This document shows, piece by piece, positions 37,001-43,759 of a DNA stretch of 54,157 nucleotides. A program made the translations under genes and the position numbers. The stretch spans positions 1 through 54,157 of the forward strand of contig CAINNF010000020.1 in NCBI GenBank assembly GCA_903851045.1, given 5' to 3'. The stretch is from Candidatus Adlerbacteria bacterium (GTDB lineage: Bacteria; Patescibacteriota; Minisyncoccia; Phycocordibacterales; SBAW01). The notes below the pieces were generated by a model that had not been told where the DNA came from, made no database searches, and was given only the letters and a program-made list of their open reading frames with translations. Position 1 is the stretch's first letter. Every line of letters begins with the position of its first letter.

Positions 37001-39767
37001 GAACGTCTCTATCGCCACGAGTTCGACCGTGACCTATTCGGGAGGACTGTTGGATATCGTCGGTGGTCCGACGGCGACGACCACGATCCAGAACCCAGGT
37101 ACTGGCACCTACGCGTTCTCGGTGTCCGGCGGTACCTTGAACGCGCTCTACTATCAATTCCGCAATCTCGATACGAATGGTCTCAACCTCTCTGGATCTC
37201 CCAGCGTGACGTCGCTCAACTATGGTGACTTTTTGTTGGCGCAGTCCGGAGGAACGATGATGACCATCGCAGGAAGCGTCATCGATGCGAACGCCAGCGC
37301 CCATATCACTGGCGTGAAGTTCGCGACCTCTTCGGGTGTGTCGTCTGGATATAACGTTGTGCGCACCGGATCTCCAGTGAGCGCTTGGACCTTCGCACAA
37401 GGTTACGGCAATTATTCCGGAGAGGCGTTCGATAGTGACGGGTCCGATGCGTGCGGTAACATCCGTTGGGATGACAGCTCGTGCCTTTTCGTGAACCAAA
37501 CGCACTATCGTTGGCGCAACGACGACGGTGGTGAAGGAGCACTCGCAAGCCAATGGTACGATGCTTCCTGGTCGTATCGAAAGAAGGTCGCCATCACGAA
37601 CCCGAACACATCCTCATATACCAATTTCCCTGTGAAGATGACCGTGGTGTACGACGCAAACATGAAGAGCGACTTCAGTGATCTGCGTTTTACCGATTCG
37701 TCGGGCACCGTGGCGATCCCGTACTTTATCGAACGCGCCACTGCTTCGGTCTCTGCTGTGGTGTGGGTGAACGTGCCATCGCTACCGGGCTCGGGTAGCG
37801 CGACGGTGTATATGTACTACGGTAATGCGGCGGCGACCGATGCGTCCAGTGGTACTAACACGTTCCGGTTCTATGACAGTTTCGAAAGTGGCAGTCTCTC
37901 TGGTTACTCCGGCGATACCGGCACTAAGTTCAGTGTCGACGGGTCGTTCGCACACAATGGTTCCTACGGGTTGGATGCCGGTAGCCACGCTGGTGAAAAA
38001 ACGACAAATGGTATCTATCGTACCGGTTCTCAAACGGCGCAAGGAACGACGATACGATACTTCCAGTATGTGGACAGTACACAGCAGGATGAACCGTGTG
38101 CGCTCTTCGGCGTACAAAGCGCTGGCCATAACTATGCGGTCTGTTTGGAAGAGTATCCGACCCAACTGGTCGCGCTGGCGAAGGATGTCACGTCCAACGA
38201 CACGAGCGGTACCATCATGACATCGACCGGAGTGACCTACACGACGGGGTGGTACGAGGTTTCGATCGACTGGCTCGCGAGCACCACCATGAACGTGACC
38301 GTATATAACCCAGGCGGTTCGGTCTTTGCGACACTAAGTACGACGTCCAGCGCCTACTCCTCCGGCGGCATGGGCTTCACTTACTGGTTCCAGCACGGCG
38401 GATGGGACTACTATACCGCTCGCCCGTATGCGCCTTCCGCACCTACCGCTATCTTCGGCGCCCCACAAGGTGATAACGGTGCGACTTGGGCAGCTCCCGA
38501 AGATACGTCTTTGGCAGGACTTTTAGTTGGGTCGAACGTTCGCCTGCGCTTCTCGGTACAGAACACCGGATCGCCGCTCACCAATCAAAACTTCCGTTTG
38601 CAATGGGCGTCGAAAGGGGCAGCGCTCAACTGCGAATCGATAGCGTATGTGAACTATAGTGACGTGCCTGTCGCTGGTAGTTGTGGTTCGTCACCGGCGT
38701 GCATGGCCGCATCGAGCCAATTCACGAACTTGGCGAGCACATCGGGTTCGCTTACGTATCCAGCGAACATGAGCTTCGCGCCAGGTGAGATGATACAGAA
38801 CACTTCGAACCAGACGAACAACATAACCGTTGGAACGAACGCGGTGACCGAACTCGAATACAATTTCCAGATGACCAGTAATGCGACAGGGAACGCCTAC
38901 TGTTTCCGCAGTTCCAAGGGTGGACTCGATTTCGATAGTTACGACCATGTGGCGCAGGCGACCATCCTTCATGCGCCGACCATCAGCAATATCTCGCTGA
39001 ATGGCGCGTCCGATATCTCTCTGGTCGAAGGCACCACCACGAACGTGACGATGACCGCAACGGTCACCGACCTCAATGGGTATAGCGACTTGGTCTTCGG
39101 CACCTCGACGCTCTACCGTTCAGCCGTCGGTGCGTCGTGTACCGCGAACCAAAATAACTGCTACCAGATGGCGAGCACCTCCTGTGCGTACTCAAGTTGC
39201 GCGGGCAACGCATGCACACTCACCTGTACGGCGCCGATGCAATACTTCGCCGATCCGACCGATACTGGGGTGTATGCGGGACAGCATTGGCTCACGACCA
39301 TAGCGGCACAGGACTCGACCGGTTTGCGCGATACCCAGACGATCTCTGGAGTAGGGGTCAACGTGTCGACGCTGTGGGGGCTCGCGGTCAATACCGCGAA
39401 CATCATCTTCCCGCAGCTCCATCCAGGGGAGAATTCGACCTCCACGAACGTGACCACGACCGTACAGAACACCGGCAACGCCGTCATCAATATCAAGCTC
39501 CTTGGCTCGAACCTCACGAACGTGGCAAGTACCACGTATATCCCGGTCGGCTCGCAAGAATATTCGACCACGACCTTCGCCTATGGTTCGTGCGCCGCCT
39601 GTCAATACCTCAGTGGTTCCGCGACGAACGTGACTATCGATATCCCGAAGCCGTCATCCACGACGACGCCGTCGGTCGGTAACGTGTATTGGGGTATCAG
39701 TATCCCGACCGGCGTCGGCGCCGATTCGTACTCAGGTTCTAACACGTTCATCGCGACCGGCGGATAG
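22056..39767 (+). CDS. Giant (~5900 aa) surface protein with Ig/FN3-like, C1q-like, beta-solenoid repeat and DUF2341 domains
   Basis: 17.7-kb open frame, N-terminal hydrophobic segment, Thr/Ser/Gly/Asn rich, WSYRKKVAITN...DFSDLRFTD (DUF2341) at ~37550. Start could be 22041, 22056 or 22074. Confidence 0.92.
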   Translation: MQAPITMWRTKRWKQVVMTVVALCGVAYVLWLTSGFVLAFRQVKRAHVFPTNVNAIGWNNGQGALTQELPPQAPYASFLQKNSAYLFVASSSSAIIVPTSGGGGGSVIDTSQRSDGTTNDALSATATQATTTQATTTQAAPTSQTFSDASTTPAQVPAPVSDTPASAPLPTSSDTSSQVFLPIPPIISPTSTPSTPPPPSAPAPSSQESTTTSLRSDPASDMALRLERVVAAVFSAIIPQAFATSTSDSTTTPVVSTSTQDTDTISAAPSVDTSATAVATCTVLGDTCHMLEFSGFSVGGSLTNKEFQKAELKFSFAQMASESDMRDGKLSVRYFHNGRWHSAGEIYLNQELSNATNGGYFTQTLDDVSAWDDLSDMRVVFEYEPGDGASPVQLYLDAVWIDAVYVDQVQDVLSGNVSDPTDAPQNISFDVASNVQDSNTLMLDDGSTVSFPFLDALDDSLSVRVDRSTYQGSATSTVVFASVTNTGSSKDTFTLFASFPGAVGSVADVAQYLRNVPNEATTTQTSDVTYYCDVGWQLASSIGQYTCASTNETYVCSTVSDTKANCLVSNVPVGVSTSTTYGSQWVSMGIHTTSGVDAKVSSGLPKGYQIAYTSDRSFDVLPGQTVYFRVTLSTPDTGKVRFVLSAKGDNYFGDVDSMRLQSGTYLKAQSKIKQQTKTKHDYLNDQLSEQSDFNVDELPQFHFKFKTQRDFFTRVKDFLFGRTVPYAVRSAHLRHASGEIEHLPVDIEYGANDEWTLKLEKQQRAFRPGKYSIDLSMQEGGTSYVDTVDFYWGVLAMNPDKSSYAPGETAHFDIGALDDKGDTMCDAQLLLSVTDPSGNTSDVPVVSGGGCGKNNVTSLPDFVADYTTKDEGTYSLTLSRLDDAGNIVTSVSNALTVVKSAPYTITRTGPTRIYPKSAYLMQMHIDAPQGFTGSVVETLPEGFTVTATDGAVLSRVNGAIDLTWNVSITNGGGKDLSYTFKAPEVSPYMYALGPLQLNDTTGTVFTEGRAWQIASDATAIATGVAWLAGNATTFGSNLSSTTASALTWNLSADYDSAYYAYSSSSPSQLVINKPGDYLVALTLPMESTAAGSFRTAIEADIRVNGNKVNAGVSRGYIRTNSTMFEVSDHLYLLLHNLNTGDYIESYVHNLSTNNDTINIGTQASLYAEYIDNSQNVYFGVGTTTSNGTNLNPTASSTVVWYDDPTLGRKDSNYTHTNTDNAASSTITLAAAGSYLVLVNVPLDGAVTSASPRADVLLNNINASGAEFKQGYIANSTGVTDSSLQFSGVVTATTTNERLQVNLIVAGATGALTALNDQASIYIQQLPASGIYVASATSTSNNLTTSNNWNITPATTTLWTTDLIKDATIYAHSTSTRSQQITVGAPGDYLLALNDSHTVNTTVTNQITQVLVNGTPVVGAQTKSHDIYANTQTSGSLVYLLRNLAASSTVTVTTVLDSATGIAVEDKPALLMLWHKSAQSSFIQDTERWYTNVNAEPPTDPWPSGGIDLNEGDPITTGVAVKSGDVLRLRMALTANVNTIAGADSFKLQYAPGTTCSLALAWTDVGAIGSGSIWRGYHNAALSAGQTLSTTTLSVSSTTETYEEQNPSAVTPHSVVVGTDAEWDWVLQDNGASVGTNYCFRMVQSSGQVLKDYNDYPQLITNNTPDVPTLDAPFDNEKTASTSPWFTFTTSDDNGDDIHYEVQVSTDPAFGSTVIDEDSATYYTKFTNTTNSADKAPFGGGQIIQYTPTISLSSGTTYWWRVRAKDPNGTNTWSSYSSAQSVTIDSSVTVSTWFQTTQGQFANDTLSNVSATGSNDVQLSGANTSGTIYSPPIDYTVHTSGNSWGTVSWTNTQSAGNTITYHVEYFTSTSTWAVIPNSDLPGNSTGTTTGPIILTQLDPSVYNLIRVRGDFVKTTTTPILSDWTVSWALSVAQPSLITLFDNEKTATTTPTFTFTTTDPQGDDLQYQLEWSTDATFATGVTIRTSGTDPGFLNTASSTDTSPFVSGNTVSFTVQSADRLASSTTYWWRVRAEDPNGGKAYSLWSSPQSFTTDTTVQSSTWFQTTNDQFGEDFLTRTGTSGGGVTATSTTGNIAIYRANAGNDPITTATFNNYWDTTVRQDSIFSLPSTTTIQLLATGHYAVMYGLRFRSSSGTNRSEIQSYLNLAGNSLPIGWSQAFIRRNGAATQGFSSGGGIINVTSYNAPLIVQSFRTDTNTTAGVMREATSSGVSIIKLDDAWSYARLSKATKQTGPISTSWMPVTWDHEDEIDTTAYAHASGASGLTLKNPGHYLVFANTYGSLRTNVSSMVDQKLKLDNADIDGSFTTVFMNGNANSDGDYQGAASVGTIIQSTTTNQVLTVQVARSLGTAAWTIDGTFSGAYVNRSGLTVVKLPDADFIRLQNSTSTNMDPTALTPLTWNTEAEKDASFTHSTTTTTNKITVNTAGDYLFLTANYAAPGTTANAQPMQGWRKNAGTLELYGQSGSFNSTAVTDTGSFGGIVYPGVAATDYFESIAQARGTTGTVGETKKGIQGLRIGSLAEADTNPKTVESPDIVFSSGTGPKWSTFSWNDSRPASTNIVYQVLYLTASSTYALVPDAVLPGNFNGFSTTSSSVNISNLNRTTYGTLRTLATFTCAAGNCPTLNDWTVSWAQGINVSGIAKTFDQSTNATYGTVGVAVNGVLQAGKTGTISSSGTWTIPNVTAFTGDVITVFVSTTTSATRAVAVTKYTSTNDITGMKLYQMHLTLGSDDNPTLTNTDISQYDNSVSGNSAIFDDVSGGTLNVCAGTACANARLLVSSGTVYEPGASGGNVTTPNIQIDGTLIADANTITVTRSWKNNATFNKGSSTVIFAATSTNESIDSTNATSSAAFNNVTFGQTSSTATWTLLSPLYASSTLAINYGTLQNGANPMVLSGDLTIGASGYFSHGTGTTTFMGTGTNVWTDNNSTTQDMGTVVIDGTTKTVQLGSAVKATNITIGADDTLNASSGNYGITVTGNWTNNNVFTAQNGTVTFVATTTGKTITPGTSSFYNLTFNGAGGNWAFAGGTVTVGNNFTVATGTVTLPTGTTTVAGSFDASGGIFVHNNGAVLFTSGLSQTINPGVSSFYDLAFNGSGAWTFTGTNATSSRNTTITSGSVTLPSGIFAVGGSFIKNGGSFSHNNGTIKFTASTAQTINLNASSAYNLLFTGSGAWAFLDTNATIGGSVTFQGGTTTLPSGTLTIGGSLVSAGGAFAHNNGTVSFTAASTGFAVTPGSSSFYNLIFNSSSGGWTITGNATSTNNTTINSASSWTLNPGTTLAVGGTFANNVGGSTTTFTNSTLYLNSGTSYSLDTKTAGGDVYGTLLVGANTNVRMWNSSAATTTVNSTGSLYSQNHAGVSGALYIYGAFTSSSNEYWSYSNDFDGTALTGGSQRQVQVRIASSSSVTFSGGTLKMVGTTTATTTISNQGIGTYSFSVTGGTLNAQYYQISSTTAAGLSLSGTTNITSLSNGDFTLSLPTGGTSMTINSTVIDQNPLLQIQQVRFATSTGVTSGYNVTEVGTPASYWWFRNHYGNFAGEAYDNDPGGNPGYIRWDDSGYNITVSGHVYADHGSTLIGNPPCDGSTAVVTLVVGTTTYSGSCGLLTGAYSISNVQFTGDVDLVAYLNTNGGKRAVTVTKTPTASISDLDLYQNSLIVRHEGVTPITITDLAGFDSTRDSDVFFAAATSTMTLVTQPNTELYVWQGKTFAPGGNVTLQSGGSGSALDGRLYLATNATFTAVGTQSHSIGGGLTIGSGATFTAANSTVTFTATTTGKSITASSPLTLYNLVFNGTGGQWSLDSSALTTVTHALTMTAGTLVGTGDMTVQSGDVTGSGTIAMTNGTFTISSTGNFGSSNTWQFKNLTFGDGVSTNTTTKTGAGTTTVTGALTIATNQTLNASSSAWLLTGGGTPFVIGGTLNPQSAPFTYAATTATTIANANYAALILAPSGAGSPTYTLSGGTPTIGILTVGDGANPVTVTADTNDPSIALSGTMRISAGATYVASNVGAFTVGGSWINAGTFTNSGAAVLFTATATGNTIQPGTSPFYDATFNSSSGGWTIASNATTTHDLTLTSATNFTVNPNTTLAVGGTFTNNVSGSATAFASSTLYLYSGTSYSINTKSASTETYGTLLIDANTNIRMWNSSAATTTVNSSGSLYSMNHGGVNGALDIWGTYTRSTGSDYWSYSTDFDGTDISGAPRKVNVSIASSSSLTFSGGVLDIIGGPTASTTVTNQGAGTYSLSVSGGTLYANYYEFRNLGASGLNLSGTPTITSLSYGDFLLGIAGGTAMTVTGSVIDANPLKVIKYVKFATTTSIGGYNVTEIGTPSSSWKFNLHYGNLAGEAFDNDPGGNPGYVRWDDSASQITISGHVYSDEGTTVSTVCDNSTQNVKLVVEGSTSFTSSCNSSTGAYSIPGVSFNPGDTLTLYLDTNGGKRAADVSVDPISNITGMDLYENRVIVRHEDTVPITIADMSQYTSANDSDIPFSTVISSTNTLTLPPNTKLIVWTGKTFAPAGNVTIQSGGGANTYDGTLEVQAGGSFSAASTQTHTIGGSLIFDSGATLTSANSTFTFTATTTGKTITPPASSSFYNMTFNGAGGNWAFSSSATTTNDFTVTAGTVTLPTGTLSVGGSLQNNGGTLVHNNGSVLLTATASGKTIKVGTSTLYNLTFNGVSGGWTFSDANATTSNTLTISNGAVTLPSGTLSIGNSFLNTGGTFTHNGGTVKFTATATGKQIQANSSSFNTLLFNGIGGSWTMLDTNLTALGDVTVATGTVVFPPGVFTVSGSLIASTGAFSNNSGTVTFAATATGKSVTPGTSSFYNLIFDSTSGGWTVTGNATSTNNTTINNASSFIVSPGVTLAVGGTFTNNGNISNTTFATSTLYLYSGTSYSINTKSASTETYGTLLIGANTNIRMWNSSAATTTVNSTGSLYSMDHGGVNGALNIWGTYTRSAGSDYWDYATDFDGTALGGGSRPVNVSIATSSTVTYSGGLLDIVGGPTATTTIQNPGTGTYAFSVSGGTLNALYYQFRNLDTNGLNLSGSPSVTSLNYGDFLLAQSGGTMMTIAGSVIDANASAHITGVKFATSSGVSSGYNVVRTGSPVSAWTFAQGYGNYSGEAFDSDGSDACGNIRWDDSSCLFVNQTHYRWRNDDGGEGALASQWYDASWSYRKKVAITNPNTSSYTNFPVKMTVVYDANMKSDFSDLRFTDSSGTVAIPYFIERATASVSAVVWVNVPSLPGSGSATVYMYYGNAAATDASSGTNTFRFYDSFESGSLSGYSGDTGTKFSVDGSFAHNGSYGLDAGSHAGEKTTNGIYRTGSQTAQGTTIRYFQYVDSTQQDEPCALFGVQSAGHNYAVCLEEYPTQLVALAKDVTSNDTSGTIMTSTGVTYTTGWYEVSIDWLASTTMNVTVYNPGGSVFATLSTTSSAYSSGGMGFTYWFQHGGWDYYTARPYAPSAPTAIFGAPQGDNGATWAAPEDTSLAGLLVGSNVRLRFSVQNTGSPLTNQNFRLQWASKGAALNCESIAYVNYSDVPVAGSCGSSPACMAASSQFTNLASTSGSLTYPANMSFAPGEMIQNTSNQTNNITVGTNAVTELEYNFQMTSNATGNAYCFRSSKGGLDFDSYDHVAQATILHAPTISNISLNGASDISLVEGTTTNVTMTATVTDLNGYSDLVFGTSTLYRSAVGASCTANQNNCYQMASTSCAYSSCAGNACTLTCTAPMQYFADPTDTGVYAGQHWLTTIAAQDSTGLRDTQTISGVGVNVSTLWGLAVNTANIIFPQLHPGENSTSTNVTTTVQNTGNAVINIKLLGSNLTNVASTTYIPVGSQEYSTTTFAYGSCAACQYLSGSATNVTIDIPKPSSTTTPSVGNVYWGISIPTGVGADSYSGSNTFIATGG

Positions 39768-39788
39768 TCGATCGTTAGTACGCGTTTT

Positions 39789-40499
39789 ATGCACACTTAT
39801 ATGAAAAAAACACTTACAAAGATACGATCACTTATTAGAAACCGTTGGTTCGTCATGGGCGTGGCGGCGTGCGTGGTGGTTGCCGGAGGAACGTGGTGGT
39901 TCAGCAAGAGCGCTGAAACACGATTCGCGCACGCATACACGAACTACCAGATCGCGGCTGCCGTGCAGCAGAACGCGACGTTCACTCCTGGGGCGAGCGC
40001 GAACCCGCTGCGTGAGTCGTTGAACCAAACACTTGCGCTCCTTTTGACGAAAGAGACGAAGGATACCGAACGTCTCACGCTCGCGACACAAGGCCTGCAA
40101 CTGATCGCTCAGATGAACAAAGAGGTAGATGCGATAGGGGACGCCGCACCAGCCGTCGCGAGTACGATAGACGCCATGCAAGCAGCCGCCCAGAGTCCTG
40201 GGAACCTGCTCCACCGACCCGCGATGGTACGGATGGTGGATCTCGCGCGCAAACAGATGTCGACCATCGAGGATATCCGAGGACTCTCGTACCGTGCGAA
40301 TTTCGAGATCACACAGATATGCGACCATATCATCGCTGACAAGGGTGCGTTGACCAACGAGTACACGATAGAGCTCAATGACGCTCTGCCTGCCATGGGA
40401 TCGGAGTTCGACAAGCGGGAGAATGCCTATACCGACCTGCAGACCAACATGTTCGACATCCAACAGTCTTTCGCTGGATTTTCGGGCAGCGTACTGTAG
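39789..40499 (+). CDS. N-terminally anchored helical protein
   Basis: TM helix then an all-alpha, coiled-coil-like sequence. Start may be 39801. Confidence 0.75.
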   Translation: MHTYMKKTLTKIRSLIRNRWFVMGVAACVVVAGGTWWFSKSAETRFAHAYTNYQIAAAVQQNATFTPGASANPLRESLNQTLALLLTKETKDTERLTLATQGLQLIAQMNKEVDAIGDAAPAVASTIDAMQAAAQSPGNLLHRPAMVRMVDLARKQMSTIEDIRGLSYRANFEITQICDHIIADKGALTNEYTIELNDALPAMGSEFDKRENAYTDLQTNMFDIQQSFAGFSGSVL

Positions 40500-40573
40500 T
40501 GTCCACGCTGCGTACGCACGAGGTATTTCCACTGGGCGCTCGAGGTAGTAGAATACAAGCACATACTACTATT

Positions 40574-40924
40574 ATGACAGAACACACTATCCAGGAAGAG
40601 GTGGTCCGAAAGGGGGCGAAGCGGACGTTCGTACAGACGGTGTGGGTATCTGCCGAGTACCTCTCCGTACGTGTCCTTGAAGCGTTCGTAGCCAATGCCC
40701 GTATCATGCGAGAGGAGACCGATCTTTTTTTGGGAGCCGTGCTGTTCCTGCTCGGTGCGCTCAACTGGAGTAGTGCGAAATATTGCGATGGCAACAGCTC
40801 CGACTATCTCTCCTGCACCAGACCGGCGACCTACTACTACTATGGTGCGTTCGAAATACTCCTTATCGTCCTTGGCGTGGTCTTGGTCCTGCTCTGGTTC
40901 GTGAAGAGGCAGCGCACACGATAG
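40574..40924 (+). CDS. Two-TM membrane protein with a Cys-pair loop
   Basis: TM-KYCDGNSSDYLSCTRPATYYYY-TM. Start placed at ATG 40574. Confidence 0.7.
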   Translation: MTEHTIQEEVVRKGAKRTFVQTVWVSAEYLSVRVLEAFVANARIMREETDLFLGAVLFLLGALNWSSAKYCDGNSSDYLSCTRPATYYYYGAFEILLIVLGVVLVLLWFVKRQRTR

Positions 40925-40983
40925 TTGGTATACGCGTGGTGCCGGAAGAATCGATGCTACACTGACAGTATCACGTCTTCAGC

Positions 40984-42402
40984 ATGAGAAAGAAGAAGAG
41001 TATGTATGTCGGTGTCGGTATGTTGGCGAGCCTCGTCGTGCTCGGTGCGCCTGTATACGCTGCGGAGATCTCCAACGTCACCGTTACCAACACGACCGCA
41101 AGCTCCACGACGATACATTGGACCACGGATGTGAATACCGATGCGACCGTCAACTATGGGCTCGACTCCTCCTATGGGTTGGTGCGAGATCCAACCATCG
41201 CAAGCAAGACGCACACGTTGACGATAACGAATCTCGATCCTGCGACGAACTACCACTTCCAGGTCGAGTCGTCGGACAGTCAGGGTAATAAAAGCGCCAC
41301 CGCAGGTTTCGTCTTCACGACCCCCGGATCACAAAGCCAAAAGATCAACTCGGAGATAAGTAAGGTGACCGACATACAGGAACTCGAGAAGATCGCCGCG
41401 CAAGTGAAGGCGACCGCCGGGGCGGTCATCAAACCGCCAGCTATCGTCGGGGCGCCGAAGGTCGTGCCGGATACGAGCGGAGCGACGATCAGTTGGAGCA
41501 CCGACCGAGAGTCCAATTCGATGGTCGCTCTGGTGCCTTCCGCGCAATACGACTCGGAAAGCGCTGACCCGTACACCATCAACCAAGGCGACCCGAACGA
41601 GTCGACCACGAAGCACACGGTGGTGGTCATAGGACTCAATCCCGCGACCGATTATCATTTCCAAGCCTCTTCGCAGGACACCGCAGGACTTTTGGGAAAG
41701 ACCGACGACGACACGTTCACGACGAAGGCTATCTTGCCGCAGATCAACGGTATCAAAATATCTCGTGTGCAGGAGACCTCCGCAACCATCAGCTGGTCGA
41801 CTGGCAACGTGCTCGCCCAAGGGTTGGTCGACTATACCGACCTCCATACCAAAAAGACCAAGTCCTTCGGTGACCCGGTGTTCACGACGAGCCACTCGGT
41901 ACAGTTGACCGGTCTCACGTTCGGTACGCACTATACGGTGATGGTGCGCGCAACGAATCAGGGTGGCGACGAAATAGATAGTAAACCGCTGGGCTTCGTG
42001 ACGGTGCGCGATGTGGTGCCCCCAATCATCTCGAAGGTGAACAATGAATCGACCTTGTTCCCGAGCGATGATGTGAAGATCCAGACCATTATCACCTGGG
42101 TCACCGACGAGCCAGCGTATTGTCAGTTATTCTATACACAGGGGTTGGTGCACGACGCTGCGAACGAAGGTTCGTCACTACCAGAAGAAGCCAACCCGCT
42201 GACGATGCACACACAGGTGGTCGTCGGGTTCGCGCCCGCGAGCGTGTATAAGTTCTGGATGCGATGTCGCGATGTCGCGAACAACCAGGCGCAGTCGGAC
42301 GACTATGTGCTGATCACGCCAACCAAGGAACAGAACATCGTCGACCTCATCCTCGCGAACTTCCAGGGTACGTTCGGGTGGGTCAACAAGATCGGCAAAT
42401 AA
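40984..42402 (+). CDS. Secreted protein with four FN3/purple acid phosphatase N-terminal-like domains
   Basis: Repeated TIxWxTD...V.Y...H.V...L.P.T.Y.F units; amphipathic C-terminus. Confidence 0.85.
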   Translation: MRKKKSMYVGVGMLASLVVLGAPVYAAEISNVTVTNTTASSTTIHWTTDVNTDATVNYGLDSSYGLVRDPTIASKTHTLTITNLDPATNYHFQVESSDSQGNKSATAGFVFTTPGSQSQKINSEISKVTDIQELEKIAAQVKATAGAVIKPPAIVGAPKVVPDTSGATISWSTDRESNSMVALVPSAQYDSESADPYTINQGDPNESTTKHTVVVIGLNPATDYHFQASSQDTAGLLGKTDDDTFTTKAILPQINGIKISRVQETSATISWSTGNVLAQGLVDYTDLHTKKTKSFGDPVFTTSHSVQLTGLTFGTHYTVMVRATNQGGDEIDSKPLGFVTVRDVVPPIISKVNNESTLFPSDDVKIQTIITWVTDEPAYCQLFYTQGLVHDAANEGSSLPEEANPLTMHTQVVVGFAPASVYKFWMRCRDVANNQAQSDDYVLITPTKEQNIVDLILANFQGTFGWVNKIGK

Positions 42403-42407
42403 TACAT

Positions 42408-43754
42408 ATGGCAAAACCAGCGATACAGATCGATCATCTACAGATCACCTACAACCAAGGGCAGGTGAACGAGTTCAAGGCGCTCAACAACGTCGTGGCC
42501 GAAATATACCCGCGCGAATATATCATCCTCTTCGGACCGTCCGGGTGTGGGAAGTCGACCTTGCTGTACACCATCCTGGGGGGTATCCCGCCAGCGGACG
42601 GACACATGTACGTGAAAGGGGAGGACATCTATGCGTACACGCCAGCCGAGATGAATCGGTATCAGCAAGCGACGATCGGCATCGTGTACCAACAGTTCAA
42701 TCTCATTACGTCGCTGAAAGTGCTCGACAACGTCGCACTGCCGATGATATTCCTCGGTCAGTCCGTTCCAGACCGCAACCGGCGCGCGGCCGAACTCCTG
42801 CGCCGCTTCGGTATCCCGGAGCGCGTGGAGAATAAGTTGCCCACGATGATGTCGGGCGGTCAACAACAGCGCGTGGCGGTCGCTCGTGCGCTCGTGAACG
42901 ACCCGGAGATATTGCTCGCCGACGAGCCGGTCGGCAACCTCGACAGTATCTCGGCGGAACACGTCATGGATTCTTTCAAGGAGATCAACGAGAGAGATCG
43001 TAAGACGGTCATTCTCGTGACCCACGACGCGAAATATCTACCCTATGCGCACCGAGTCTTCTATATGCGTGACGGTGCGCTGCGCCGCATCGTGGTGAAC
43101 CCTGAGAAGGAGCAGATCAAACGCGTGAAGCCCGGCGAGACCATCGTCACGGAGATCGAACAGCTCGCGCGCTTGTACCCGTACGCGGAACCGATCGACC
43201 TGAAGGTGAAGAGTGTAGTCAACTTCGCGACGCAAACGCTCACGTTCTCTCAGCTCGAGATGCTCGAGCATGCGATACTGTCGGTATTGAAGGGTTCGAT
43301 GGACGATACGCTCTTTCAGGATTTTCTTATGAAAAGTTTCGCACAGGGTGGTGTGGGGTTATCGCTCGAACAGAGTCGGGATATCACGACCAAGGTCTTC
43401 TCCCTCATCCGCTACTCAAGGGACGTTGAGCGATATCGCGAGGCGCTCCATGAGGACAGTGCGTTCATGCATCAACGAAAGCTCATCGACCACTTGCTCC
43501 AGTATCTTTCGGAGGAGGTCGGGTTACAATCGAGCGAAGCACAGTTGACGGTGCTACGAGCCGCAGTGGCCGAACGAGTGGGCGGTATCATCACTGCCGA
43601 AGACTTCGCCCAGCGACTCATCTTGCCAGCTGACTTGGGCGGTGCCGCATACACCGAGAAGGATGCGTCGTATATCATGCGGCATCTCGAGAAACTGATC
43701 GCGCAAGGCGGGTATATCATCCAACCGAACGAACTTCTGGGCGCACACACCTAA
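42408..43754 (+). CDS. ABC ATP-binding protein (LolD/MacB/FtsE type) with long C-terminal extension
   Basis: GPSGCGKS, MSGGQQQR, LLADEPVGNLD and VTHD. Start placed at ATG 42408. Confidence 0.93.
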   Translation: MAKPAIQIDHLQITYNQGQVNEFKALNNVVAEIYPREYIILFGPSGCGKSTLLYTILGGIPPADGHMYVKGEDIYAYTPAEMNRYQQATIGIVYQQFNLITSLKVLDNVALPMIFLGQSVPDRNRRAAELLRRFGIPERVENKLPTMMSGGQQQRVAVARALVNDPEILLADEPVGNLDSISAEHVMDSFKEINERDRKTVILVTHDAKYLPYAHRVFYMRDGALRRIVVNPEKEQIKRVKPGETIVTEIEQLARLYPYAEPIDLKVKSVVNFATQTLTFSQLEMLEHAILSVLKGSMDDTLFQDFLMKSFAQGGVGLSLEQSRDITTKVFSLIRYSRDVERYREALHEDSAFMHQRKLIDHLLQYLSEEVGLQSSEAQLTVLRAAVAERVGGIITAEDFAQRLILPADLGGAAYTEKDASYIMRHLEKLIAQGGYIIQPNELLGAHT

Positions 43755-43759
43755 CATCT

